A stretch of DNA of 64,000 bases, taken from positions 6,014,001-6,078,000 of the forward strand of contig OZ176055.1 of the NCBI GenBank assembly GCA_964247055.1. Direction: 5' to 3'. The notes under the pieces were generated by a model. The model worked only from the letters and a program-made list of their open reading frames with translations, did not search any database and was not told where the DNA came from. Shown piece by piece: positions 25,201 through 40,100 of this stretch. Origin of the DNA: Paragordius varius (taxonomy: Eukaryota; Animalia; Nematomorpha). The position numbers were made by a program, and so were the translations under genes. Each line of letters opens with the position of its first letter. Within the stretch, counting starts at the first letter, position 1.

Positions 25201-28134
25201 ACTTTTGTTAAATTATATTTTTTGCAAAAAAAATCTTTTTTTATCTTTGATTTATTCATAGTGAAACATGTATTGCAAATTGTAATTGTATTTACAAAAT
25301 TAATTATAATTAATTAATGGAAAACAAATTTATTTTTATGTAATTTTTAAAACTTTTTATTTTTTTGATCGCACAATCATTATTTGTTGATAAATCAATT
25401 AATTTTAATTTGAACAGAGAATGACCATGACATGGAAATGACAAATGGATTGTCACAATATCAATTAAGAGGCAACAAAGAACAACAAAACAATATGCTT
25501 GATTATGACGAGGAAAATAATTTAATTAAACAATTGCATAGACGTTCTACGGGATCAGTTTCATCATTGGTATGCGATTAATATTTTTTTTCGTAAATTT
25601 GCAAGTCATTTTTTGGTAGAGGTTTGGCAGACTCATAAGAATGGTTTGTTTTTGAGTAATTTTGTTAAAATGTATTCAAGTATATTGTAAATTTTAAAAA
25701 ATAGTTAATTAATTTATAATTGCCAAATGCACAATTTTATCATTATCGGTGTTAGTTTTTGACTGTTTCAATACAATTTAAGTCATGACCCATTAATTGC
25801 AAAAAAAGGAAAAAGGTGATTCTAAGGGGTGTCCAATACCAATGGCTTCGCGTCTCGCATTTTTGACTTAAAAAACCGGCAGGCCGTAATATATGATAAT
25901 TTTATGGGCCTTAATAAATATCTTTCGAGATTTCGAACATAATACTGGGAAATTAACAAAACAATTAACTCTTAGCCAATTCATTGCCAAAATTTTTAAA
26001 GGCTTATTCCGAAAATTGGTTTAAATACGGAATATCTAACTGTATATTCTTTATTTTATTTTATGATATGATCTAATATTAGTTGGATAAGTCAGTCCAT
26101 GATAAAAGTGCTCGAAATTCTCTCCACCTTTCCGACCAAAAATGCAACAAATCCAATAATTCTATGACAACATTCAATGGGCTTGGGAGTTTAACGGTAA
26201 CTCTAATTTCATTTTTGAAAAAATAAGTTTTTTTATTTAAAAGTTTAAAAATAATACAGAGAAAAACATAAATTCTAAAAGAATTGAAATTTGTTAAATT
26301 ATAAAAGTATAATTACGATTCTGTAATAGCTTGAGTGCGTTATTCTCCATTTTTTATTTTGCACCACAAATAACGATAAGAATAATTTTTAAAATCTAGT
26401 TTTAAAAGTGTATAGTTGTCTTTTATAGAATATTATTTGTCTTTGGGTTTTTTTCGTGTTGTCCGTATAACTTCAATTTTTAGTGTATTATTTAATTCTT
26501 AAAAAATTTTATTACATAGGTATTAAATAATATCTATTCCACACGAGAAGAGGAAGAAAATGCATTTATACCAAATTCCAAATCCTTTACGGAACATACA
26601 GCTAATATTGAACAACAAATAAGCAAACCTTCTAAGGAATTTCATTCAACAGAACAAAACCAACACCGATCTCAAGCACCGTCCCCCTCAAATTTTGATC
26701 ATTTTTATGAACCTATTATTGAACATTATAGAGGTCCTATTTTAATTTAGATTTAATCTTTATGTTGGTATTAATTGGTAGTCATAATAATAATAGGTTG
26801 GCCTTTATCAAATTTACAGTAAAGTTTTTTTTTCGGAAAAAATATGCCATTTCTAAGTTTTTGAATCCAGTTTCGAAACATATTACTAATCCATGACAAA
26901 TATGTAAGGGGATAGTTGAATAAATATTTTTGTCACGTTAATTTAAAATATTTATTTGACTTTGGGGTCAATACATTTATTTATTCCTTACTACAACAGA
27001 CATTCGAAATAAAAATTACAACAAAATTTTATCGTTGGAAGAAGAGGACGAAGATGAAATGGATCATGAATCCATTATTAATAAGGTTTTAATTTTTTTT
27101 TTTATTTTTCAATATTGTTCATTTTTTAACTGCTTACTCATTTATAGAAAATAATTAATTATAAATCTGATAAAATGTATAAAATAAAGTTTTTTATAAC
27201 ATAATAATTGATTAATTCTCCACAAAAACAGGGAAATTCCGGACCATTTGCTACGTTTGAACGATTAAAAGCGAGTCCAGCACATTTAGCCATATTCCTT
27301 AATTACCTTTGTTGCAATAGTGATCCCAATAGTTTGGTAATAATATTAATTATGTCATTTAATTTTTACCTAAATTTACAAATATAAAAATATTAATTTG
27401 AAATATTATATTATATTTTTCAGTTATTTTCCCTAATTTGTGATATCTATGATCGTGGGGGTTTGAAAGAACACCAATTATGGGCTTATGAAATACATTC
27501 ATCATTCATTGTACCAAATGCCATGTTAAAAATATCTATTCCTGACTCTCATATAATTCAAATTGGTACATACTTTATGCAATATTATTAATATATGTTT
27601 GATTTGATTGACCTTGGAATATATATATATATATATATATATATCTTTTATGTTAGATGATGTCCTTATGAAATCATGGACGGATGAAATTGCCATGAAA
27701 AATATATTTAGGTCCAGTAACCAGCATATTCAACAAGATATTGAGGAGAAACTTAGCGATTTCCGACTCAAAAGACAATTAGGTATATTGAAAAATCTTA
27801 TATAGCTTCAAATTACCGTTTTAAAACATAATAATTTGTAGATATATAAATAATTTTAATTTTACTTACGTTTCCCCTTATATTATACAAATTTGTAGGA
27901 TTAAGCAGTATATATGGTGATAATCCTTCCCTTGATAAGTTATTGGCTCCCTCAAACCCTTTGTCTGATAATAATAATAATCTAACATCCAACCTAACAA
28001 ATAATGATGAGTTATCTCGACGCGTCCTCTCTATACGGATTGCTGAACAAATTTACTTACAAATTGTGGATAAACTTATTGGGTTTTGGCGTGAAGATGT
28101 GGAGTTTGATGGAGTCACTAATACAGAGTATATC

Positions 28135-28167
<33 letters not shown>

Positions 28168-31100
28168 GAATTATGATTCGAAGTCGTTTTTTATATATTT
28201 AAAATACTTTTTGTTCTGGTATAGATGCCTACTCCTTTCAGCCGTTCTAACTTTGGCACGGTGTGTGTTGGAACCACAATCATCGATTAATAATATGATT
28301 AGTAAAGTAGAAGTCCCATCCATTGATGATAAATGCAAGCATAAAAATACGACATCCCATCATTCGAACATTAACACGGCTACAAAACCATTTCAATCGT
28401 CCAGTAACCTGCTATCATTCGTTAATAATATGCCCTCCCTTCTTCCATCTTTTTCGTCGTCGACACCTTACTTGTTGAATGGTTTGTCACCACCTTGCTC
28501 TAGTGTACAAAACAACAGCCATCCTAACCATAATAATAGTTTTAACAATAACACTGATATTATATTGTTACTGGTGAATAAAATCCCAACCCTTTGTGAT
28601 GCGCGAGAGTTTGAACATTTACCCATAGTATATCGTCGACTAGACTCTACATCGGTTCCCAGCAATAATAATTCACGGGGACAAAAAAATAGTAGTGGAA
28701 TATCTCACAATCTCCCAGCTAAATTTATACGATTCCCTTCAAGTTCAAACTTTAAACGCACTTCTGCATCCAACAATAATCAATTAGCAACGAGCCAAGG
28801 ACCAAAAATGGAGGATGAAAATAGCACATCTGTTGACGAGCTTGTTGTAAGAAATGGTGGGGTATTTTTATCGCGCATTGAAGCAACTATCCATCCTAGT
28901 CAGCAGGAATGTAAAGTTAAAAAGCAACATAAATCCATTTCTCGAATGGGTCATACCCTTACACCTTGTCAGTATATTCGGTTAACGTTTTGTGATAGGT
29001 GTCATACCATTCTACAGGGTCTTCGTCATCAGGGATACCAATGCTTAGGTTTGTCCCTTTCATTTTTTTAGAAAATTTTACCTTTTGGAAAAATATTTTG
29101 TTATAAAGCTAGTTAAAATAATATTTTTTTCCATAAGAATCCGTTTGTTTTCTCCTAATATTGATGAATATTAAAATTTTTATATAAAGCGGTTATTTAA
29201 ACTCAATACATTTCTTATCTTTTGTAAAAGTACCCTCTGTTAAAAACTATTTATACAGTTAATTTTTGAACATAATCTAAGGTTTTTTGAAATTTATTAA
29301 GTTTAAGTAAAAAAAAATGTTTGAAACGACAATGTTTTATTGCATCCTTTATGTTTCTTAACCAAGCAATTTTTTGTGAATTTTTCGGGTTTTTAAAATA
29401 ATTTAGCCTTTCCTATTTTTAATACCAAACCATTTCGTTCCCATGATATAGATTGTCAATATAATGTTCATCACACATGCATTGATGATATCGATGAATA
29501 TTGCCCTGGTAACTTAACGCTACCCGTTACTTCGTCACATCAAAATTTTATTAGCAATGAAAACAATAACAACGAAATTTTGCCCAAAATGCGCAATAAT
29601 CAGCAAATGCATAATATTATTCAAACCGGAAATAAACGACGTGAAACTAAAAGCATGCTTTTTGATAACACTCAAATATTTCAAACTACACAACCGTCCT
29701 CTGAAGGTTAGCACAATATACTTTTGTAGGAATGATCATTAAAGTTATGGTTAGATTAGAATTGTATTTTACAAACATCAATCGATGTAGATTTATAATT
29801 TAGTTGTAGGTGAGATAGATTAGGTTTTAAAGACACTTTTTGCTGCATTGTACAGTTATATCTTTTTCAATGCATTATCCCACCATTTTTATCATTTACA
29901 AGTTTATTACCCCTCACTATATATCAATTAGCTCCTTCTGATCATCTTGCATTTTTTTTCAAATAAAATTTTAATTTTTAGGTTATAATCGTTAAAGTTA
30001 AGTATACCTTTCTACAAACTTCTGTTATATTTGTGGGTATTATACCCTTTTAATTAGCCGATATTTATCCTTTATTCTTTATAAATGGAGGTGCGGATCC
30101 TCTATATATTCGTTAATGATATAATATCATAAATTAAAATAAAATTTTGGAGGAATATTATTTTCAAAGATGCTTAAATTTAAGTATTTTCTAAACTAGA
30201 TACTCCCGCTAACACCTCTTCCATCACAACTCCAATGACATCAAATACATCTGCTATCGGTTCATCTACATCATCCGTTTTTACTAACCTTGCGCGGTAT
30301 CGAAAATCAACGGCCGATCGACTTTTACCCAATTTTAGACGGGAAAATACGACGACGATCGAAGAAACAATCACCATTGAACCGCAAACCCAAACTACCA
30401 CAGTGACTTCATCAATGACACAAAAGACCGGACTGTTGACTAAACAAAATTCTTTTGTGAGCAGCACTTCCACGGCGGCGGCAATTAATATGATAACTAA
30501 TTCATCTTCTCATGTAAACAGTAGTAACACTAGTAGCAATATAATTCCACAAACCTTCAACAAATGGTTCCATTACAATAGTAGCAGTAATAATCATAAT
30601 TCTGGCCTGGTTAAAAACAAAAATATCAAGCAAATGACAACACAACCACAGCAGGGATCAAATGTCGCATCTTCGATTCCAGTTACGACGCAACAAATGC
30701 AACCTGTGTTACGGTCAGAAAGTATGAAAGCTAAGGTATGCTAAGAGTATATAGGGATAGTTTTTTGAAAGAATAATTGCGAAACCGTGTTGTTCTATAA
30801 AGAAAATGGTCCATTAAGAAATGAAATTACAGTAAAAATTAAAAAACGATTAAAATTGTTTTGTGAGGACAATTTTTATGAGTTGACGCTTTTCATCGCT
30901 TTATATGAAAATTCGATCGCTTCATTATTTTTTAAGAGTTTTTGTGCGGTTTCTCTGTTCCAATCAGGTTTATATGGAAAAATTTAACGTTATCTCACAT
31001 CTTTTTTAGGATTTATATTTATCAATCAGGTATTTTGCCTGAATTGCTTTTTGATCAAATATGAAATATTTTTGCATTGGAATATTTTACATTTGATTAT

Positions 31101-34100
31101 TAATCTATTATTTTAGGGTGAAACCAAATATTCCAAAAAAGAAAACGGTGGTGTTCCTCGATCTAAAAGGTATAATAATTATACCTTTAAGTTTTAAACG
31201 TTAAACGGTATAAACTCTAATATATATTTAAACAATTTTTTTCATATTTATTTTATATAGTGATATAGCCCCCAAAGCTGCCTCAACTGAACAAGTTGCT
31301 GAAATTACCGATTTACCTAAACCGGTTCTTATTAGGCCTTCAAAAAAGTAAATATGATTGATAAATGATTTTAATTTTATTCACAATTTTTGACGACCGC
31401 GACATAATCATAATATTTTTGAATACTTTTATGTTAGATCTTTTGATTTTACTGTGTTTGGTGCGTCCTCATCCTCCAAATCAACTAGTATTGAAGAGGA
31501 ACCCCCAAACATTGGTATGTATGACAAACAAAAACCTTTTTTAAAACTTAATATTATTTTAACCATTTTTTGAAACGTTTTCCTTGATATTTTTGGGTGT
31601 AGTTTACAAAACGACCTAAACTTTTTTTGGTAATGTAAATATAGTTATCTTGGTAAAAAATTAGAGTGTATTATGAGAAAGCTAAGTTTATCATATAATT
31701 CAGTTTATTACACTAGACAACAAATTTTTCTGCCACTCGAGTTTTTTGCATTTTTTGATATTTAATATCATTTTAACAGTAAATCTGAAATAAAAATTAT
31801 AACTCGTTGGAAGAATTTTGTGTAATTTGATTTTTTTGATTATGCGCCCTCTTTATCAAAATTTTACTAAAAAATGTTTTTATTTGAAAATATATAAGTA
31901 ATGCCCATTTGTAATATATCATTCGAAAGAGTATTAAAAAATCTATAAAATGTATACTAATATGTATTACATCGACAGTTAATATTGGACACAAAGAGCG
32001 ACAAACGCGCGAAGCGAGAGCATTTTTTTTAATTATTATATTTTTAAAACTAATGGATGAAAATAGCTCAAACTTTGTTTAGATGGAGATGAATGTCCAA
32101 AAAAGTTAACACAAGAAAGTTTTTTTTGATTAAAACATTTTTTATTGCTTTTATATCACTCAAAACAGCCATTTTTAAGTTTTTTGTTTTTTAAAAATTA
32201 CCATCTCATCAATATTAATTTATTTTCTTGACAAGGCTGATAATTTCGAAAATTTAAAGATAAAAACAAAGTTTAAGGTATTTTTGATCTTTTATAGCCA
32301 TTATGTAATAAATTTACAGTTATAACTATGCATTTTTGTATCCACTAGATAAAATATTTATGATAATAATAATTTTTATTAAAAAAGCAAACCAAAAGCT
32401 TTTCCAAACAATTTTTTAAATTAAATACTAATATAACCCTAATAATTATATTAAAATAATTTATATGATTTTCAGATTAGTTTGTCTGTTAAAATTCTTG
32501 ACTTATTTAAGGTTTGAAAATTTGGACCATTTAAATCCAAATAACTTTTACATCCGATTGATTTAAATGACTTACTACCATTTAAAAGATGCAGTTTTTT
32601 GCGCTCTTTCGAATGATATAAAATACATGGCTTCATATCTAAAACTTTAAATTTTCGAAATTTCAATTTAATGTTAAATCGGGGCCAAAAATTATCGATA
32701 AACTCTAATATAAAAAAATTCTTCCATGTAAGACCAATTTTCTTTTCAGATATACTAATTATGTATTTTAATCAAATAAATTTTAAATTTACAAGAATGG
32801 CAGTTAAAAAAAGTTAAAATTTGTTGTCTAGTGTTAGTTAAAACAAAGCTAATTGCTTCCCACTATGTGTTATAATATTATATACGGTTTTACAAAGTTT
32901 TCTTTATAATTTAATTACATTTAAATATTTTCTTTAATGTTAAAAAGTGTTGAAGTTTTAAAGTACACCTAACAACACCCAACATACTATTACTCCCTTT
33001 TCACATTTATTATCAAATTTTTGTTTTCGAAATCGACCACCTTAATAAATTATACATTTTTGTTCTTTTATTTTTAGAATCAACCATTTCTGAAACTAAA
33101 AATGTGGGTCTCCTCTCTGCACAACCAAATACCGCGGCTCTCATTAGTACTACAGTTCAAAGTACGGCTACCTCATCATCAATAACGCGGTATATGGAAA
33201 TGCTTTCATCAAACACTAATCGAAACAATCAAACCGCAAATGCCAGCAACAATTTATTTATCATAAGTAATTTGCTTATGCTACAAAAAGAGGATCCTGA
33301 CCTTGAAATTGTACCTGAAATACCGAATTGGCAATCTGTCGTTGATTGGGATTGTTTGAAGCGCATGAAACCCAAGGAAGTTATGAGACAAGATGTTATA
33401 AATGGTTTGAAATTCATAATTACATGTTTTATTTTACCTTACATTTATAGAAAGATTGAAATTATACTGACAAAAATTAAAAAAAAATTAAGGACGAATA
33501 TTTTTTAAAAGCTTGATATAACTTATCGTTTTGGGTTGCAAAATAAGGAATTTAAATTTAATAATACAAATAAGGACCACCTGAATGAGTCTATTGAGCT
33601 GGCTCATTCACAAGGATTATTAATCCAGGTGAAGGAGCTTACCACATCATCTTGAGATAGAGAATTTTTGAGCCTGTTTTTTTTTCAGGATTAAGGATAT
33701 TATACCCCCCTCCTTGGGCTACGTAGCAGGACGAGATTTACGCTAGTATTCATATGAAACTCTTGAAAAATAAATAACATTTATTTTTTTATAATTCCTA
33801 TATTATAACACATTTATCAGCGTATATTGTTCTTGTTTTGGAGTTTTCTTCTGATGCTTAACAAATGTTACCCATTTTTTTGTCTGTACTTTAGGTGGTT
33901 TTTTTTTCTTGAAATTCGTTATTTATTTGGCTCGTGATTTTCAAAATTTTTACCATTTTTATTCATTATATTTAATAAAGATTCTTACTATAAATAATTT
34001 AATAAAATTCGACTTACAAATAGATGCAGAGAAATGTTATCCATATTGATTAAAATTTGCTTTCTAAAAAGTTTCAAAATCGCCGCCTCATAATCTCATT

Positions 34101-37100
34101 TAATTCCCTTAAACATATTTTTCCTCGCAAGCCATAATCCATTTGAATGAGTCAATTTTTTGGCTCATTCACATAACTCTCTAAATACAGTAATTAAAAT
34201 TATTAAAAATTTAAATTTCAACCATATTTTCGAGATATATTTGTAAAAAAACTTGATTTTTTATATTTATCGTTTTGATTGCAAAACAAAGAATAGAGAT
34301 GTAAATTGGCAATATAATATATTATATGTTTCACAATCGTAATTATAAAGGTTATATAAACACAAATTAAACTTTTAAAAAGTATGGTTGTCTTTATATA
34401 AAAAACTTTTTTTTATTTTTGCTCCGTATATACATTTGGTATATTTGACCGCTTGTAAATAGCAGTAGGCCCTATAACTTAATAAAATATATGTTGTAAT
34501 TAAATCAAACAAAATGAAGTTAGCCTTTCAAATTGGTTTTCACTATTCTTTTTCTTTTATTGAATTTGATAAATTTATATTTCGCGATAAATGTATCTTT
34601 ATATATAATCATTAAAAATATGTGTTTATGTTTGATATCACATTTAGAATTGTTTCACACTGAAAGAAATCATGTCAGGAATCTCAAAATCCTTGATTAT
34701 ATCTTTTATCGTCCCCTTAAAAATGAAAATTTGATTTCGACTGAACTGTTGGATGCCCTATTTCCTAACCTGGAGCAATTAATAAAAATACATAGTAATG
34801 CTTTTATAATTTATTTTTTTTCTGGTTAAATATTTAAAAACTTATACATATCACATTTAATTTTTGAAATGTTTAGGTGAATTAAACCAAAAAATGAAAA
34901 AATTGAAGGAACAAGACATTATAATTGAATCAGTTGGTGATTTGCTCAAAGAATTTGTAAGTATCCTAGTTAATTAGTTTTTATTTAATCAAATAAAAAA
35001 TGAAATTATACTGACGTAATGTAAAAGTAACAGGCATTTTTTGAAGAAAATCAACATTTTTTTTAAATCTTGATTTAATACATTTCACCTTTTGGTTGCA
35101 AAATAAGCAATAGAGATGTAAATTTATATTACGCTCAATTATATAATTCATATTGTAATTTAATAGTTTATATGTGAACTATCAAGGTTATAAAGTTGTG
35201 GTGTTTTGAAATGAACACTTATTTTTCTTTTAGTTAGTTATTACTTTATTATTTCGATTTTAACTGTAGTTTGAAGATGGAAACGGTGAAACTTTCCAAG
35301 AAGCCGTCATAACTTTTTACAAAAATCAAGTTTTTGCCCTTGAAGCCTTAAAGGCTCGCCAACGGAAAGATGCAAAACTCAATGCATTCCTAAACGATGC
35401 TGAAAGCAATCCCCTTTGTCGTCGATTACATTTGAAAGATTTGGTCCCTTGTGAAATACAACGCCTTACGAAATATCCTCTACTAACCGATAATATTATG
35501 AAATATACCGTACCTGATACGGATGAATACAAGAATCTCACAACGGCATACGAATGGTGAGTTGACGTTTAAAAGTTATGTTAGGGGTGGTTACAATCGC
35601 AATATTCTTGAGTCATAAAGATTTATATAAATAATAAATATTCTTTATAAAAATCTCGTATGACATATTTAACCTCTCAAAGTAATTTCGAAAATACTGA
35701 TTTTGTGAACAAGAACGTTAATTCTCCTTAAAAAGTTTATTCGAAAATTTATTAAATACACTATTCAATTTCGATACATAATAGTATTTTTTAACAATTA
35801 GGTAATAAATACTCTTTCTGTATATATAATAGTTTTGGAAAGTTCGCCAATTATATTTTACGATTAATCATTATTATTAATGTAAAATATTTATTTTTTA
35901 TCACCATTTTCCCTTTCCTTTTTATAGTTCACGGTCTATCTTAGCCAATGTGAATGAGGCCGTACGAGATAATGAGAATCATCAGCGATTACTTGAGATT
36001 GAAGCCAAACTCGATACTTTACCGCTTGAAAAAGCGTATGAAAAAGCCCACAATACAACTAAACTCCATGAAATTCGGGCACTTAAACTCTCTCATAAAC
36101 GATTAGTTATGGAGGGAGCACTAACTTGGCGTTACGCTAAAAATAAGACCTTAGATGTCCATGCCTTACTTCTCGATGACTGTATCTTACTTTTGCAACG
36201 ACAAGATGATAGATACGTCCTAAAATTCCAGGTATAAAAACGTATAAAATGGTTTTTATATACGGTGTAATTTTTTTTTTATAAATGGAAATGAAACTTA
36301 AGTTGTATTATAGCCTAACTACGTAGGTTAAACAATCGCTTGCCAATGGCTGAATGTATAAAAAATGCAGTTCAACTAACTCTGACATACTCACACAGAT
36401 AATGTTAACATCATACTTTATTAACGTGATTAATTTTTAAGCACTAATTTTTTTGTTTATGGTGGCAGTGCCCATACTCTAAAACATAAATTTCCCGTAA
36501 TCTTTCAGGTACACAGGGGTGTAAGTTACAAAGTTTGCTTTTTACATGCCGCCCGCCCTCTTTCATAAAAATCATTGAGAATTTTTTTGATTCACTAAAG
36601 GTGGTGACATTATCAGTAGGATTATATATTTTGCAGACAAAATTTATATCCAATTTTACGCATTTTAAAACAGGTTATGGCACCCACATCAAGCTACATT
36701 GTACCTCCATCCTCTAATCTTAATGCCCTATCAGCCTCAGCGTCTAAGGATGAAACGTCATCAGCACCAAACCTTCTCTCATCATCAAAACTACTGTCCC
36801 ACAGTCCAGTCATTAAACTTAATAATGTACTGACGAAAAATGTTGCCACAGGTAAATATATACTTATAAATTGAAATATTCTTAATTATTTATATATGGT
36901 ACTACTTTTTAATATATTTCCCGAAGTTTGCATATAAATATATATTATATTTACTGTTTCAATTATCTAATTTTTGTTTTTTTAGATAAACGAGCATTTT
37001 TTGTGGTGAGCACGGTAGCCGAAGGACCTCAGTTATACGAGTTGGTTGCATCCACATCCAATGAACGAAAAATGTACACATAATTTTAAATATTTTTTGC

Positions 37101-40100
37101 AAACGCAGATAATTTTTTAAAATTGTATTATGGCATCACTTGATAAATAATGGCTGAATCTGTTTGGTGTTTAGATTGTTTTTAAATTTCAAAATATATG
37201 TCATTTCAAAAGTTGTTAATAAAAATATGGTATGAATTTTAATCTGTGGAAATTGTTGTATTTATGTCTTAATTAAAAACCTAAGGCGCTAAAATATATA
37301 TATATATTTAAATAAAAAACTCAAATCTCCTCAATATTTAACAAATAAATCTTGTTGTATTGTCTTATTCTTTAATTTAAGCTCCTATTTTTTAATTATT
37401 TCCCATATTTAGTTGGTTAACGCGGATCGAAAAAGCCATTGAACGTCTCAAAGTGGCCCATTTGCGAAACTCTTCGTCTTTTATGCCTAGCATGCCAAAA
37501 CCTAGTGGATCAAATGTTGGGAATAATGTCACTTCAGCGGGTGCAAACAAAAAATTATCGACATCAACTGCGCTTGAAAATACTAAAACTAATTCCGTTG
37601 ATCAATTTATAACAACGCAAACCACAGGTATACAATTTGAAAATGTGCATTGCCATATATGCTTGGTTTTTTAATTGTAAATATGAATCGATTCCTAACA
37701 AATGATTTTAATCACAAAGTTAAAATTATTAACATAAATTTAAAGACTGATATATAAAAAGAAAACCATATTTTCTCAGAACATTAAGAAATTATAAGTC
37801 TACTTTTTTTGGTTTATCTTTATTTAAACTAATATCTGTGTGTATTAGAAAACGGTGATAAAACTATAATCTTAAATCCATCCGTTCAATCTGTGTACAA
37901 TAGAGCAGGGACCCCTAGTCGACATTCTTCTGACCCTATATGTTCTGCTATAGCGGTAGCCACAAATGAAAATCATAATGAACAAACGAATCCTCCTTTG
38001 TTAACGACACCTGCCACAAATAATCACGAAATGAATGGAACAGAAGACACGTATTCACCCAAAACACCTACTATCCATAAATCGTATGAAATATAGCTAT
38101 TATTAAATATTCAAAGTTTTAGAATCGTTTTTCAAATGTGTATGTTTTGTTAATTTTTAACTGGCTCATTCAGTCAGATTTTTTATTTTTTTCTGATGAT
38201 TTTAGACTTTAACTCTATGACTTGAAATGCTTGTTTGCATAAGTACAAAATAAAAAATTTTAAAAAGTCAAATCACACGAGTGTATACTTGTTTTTGGTG
38301 TAAACTTTATATTTAGCGTATCATTTTGTTTATATACAGTAAAAATTGAAGTTATACTATATACTATACAAAGCTTAAAAACCGGACAAATATAATTTTT
38401 GAATTATATAATTACAATTTTGAAATATATAATTAGATGTAAATTTAAATACCAATTCCTAAGTCAAAACAATACAATTTAATTTAAAAAATTAATTTAA
38501 TTTTATAAAAATAGTTGTCGCTGTCTTTTATAGTTTATACGTTTTGTCTTTATAATTTAATTCACATTTCATGTTTGCAGAAACTCATTTGCCGTAGCCA
38601 TGGTTAAACGAAATGATGATGAAGGTGAACCACAAATAAACCCAGAGCTAGAATCCACAAACAATAATGTACAAGAACAATCGTTTGAATTGATTGAATA
38701 CATAAAAACGCCACAAATTGTTCAACCTTATGAGGTTAGTATACGGGAACCGGTACGGTCAGATAAAGCCAGACCCATCCTTAGCCTGTATGAACAACTC
38801 CGTCGGGCGGATAGCATGCTAGATTCTGCCCTGGTGCGAAAACGATCCGTTATAACTGCAATATTGGGAATGTCACTGTCTTCAGATCAATCATTGACCG
38901 CCAAAAATGGTGGCAATGATTTCATGGAAATCGAAGATTTGATTGATGGTACTGAGAATAATAATAAGCAAGGCGATGTGCAAAATAAGAGTGATAAAAT
39001 GATGACGAAAGATGAAAAGAATGTACATATGAAAACGGTAAACAGAGAAACTAACTCGGGCCTAGGTACATCAATTATTTAACATTATTGTAATATGTTA
39101 TGTAATAGCCAGATTTTTTTAAGTTATAGACTTTTTATAAATTCGACATCAGGTTTTCGAAATAATTTTTATGAAAATCCGAATTTTTCGGTTGTGAAAT
39201 CGAATCCATTTATATGTATGAGAAAAAAAAAGATAATTTATCACACACTTTTTTCTTTCATTATATAGAAACGGAAATGGATAGCCTAACCCTTAATGCA
39301 AACAACACTTACGGTTCACCATCACCGGCTCACATGAATGATACTTGCAAATACATTTTAGCCAGAGCGCTGGCTCAAGCTCGAAAACTGGAGAAATGTG
39401 TCTTGCACCTCGAAACGGTTCATGGATTACCCAATCCCCTTATGAACAAATTGGAGGAAAGTTATCATGATGAATCCTTGCCACAAGCTACAAAAGGAAA
39501 TGGTCCATCTTCTGTAACCTCGGTGCCAATTGAAACCTCCTCTATGGATGTGGCAAACTCAGCCACTACCATTATCGATAATGAAATGAATAACCAACTT
39601 TTAAGGTATTGTAAAATGCAATTACTAATTATTATGATTTAATTTAAAAAAACTTGGGAGGCGTGATGGTATTGTAAGCAGGTAGGGAGCCGGATTTTTA
39701 CACTGTGTGTGTGTGTGTGGTGTCAAAGTTTAAACCCCGATTTCACCCAATTTCGTCCGTTTTTACCATAAATAAAAATGAGAAAAAGAGAATTTAACCT
39801 TATATATTTTGTTAAAATCCTATACTAAATTATTTGGGGCTTTTATAGATTATTTCTAATGTTACTCTAATGCCCTTTTTAGTCCAAATACATTGACCAA
39901 TGGCAACAACTATGATACATTAAAATCCAGTTTGGAATTGAATGAAATGAAGGACCAACTTCTTATCATATCCACCAACATTAATTTCGAATTAGCCCGA
40001 TTAATGAAAGCATTTTGCAATCGTATGACAACATATTAAATCTATAAATAATGTCTTCATTGTTTTATTTAATGCTTTTAAAACACTAGAACCCTATATT

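Noticed and set aside
30670-30681. SSIP, a possible EB1-binding SxIP motif (Drosophila RhoGEF2 tracks EB1)
   Set aside because: The flanks lack basic residues, and a 4-aa match in a Ser/Thr-rich region is expected by chance.
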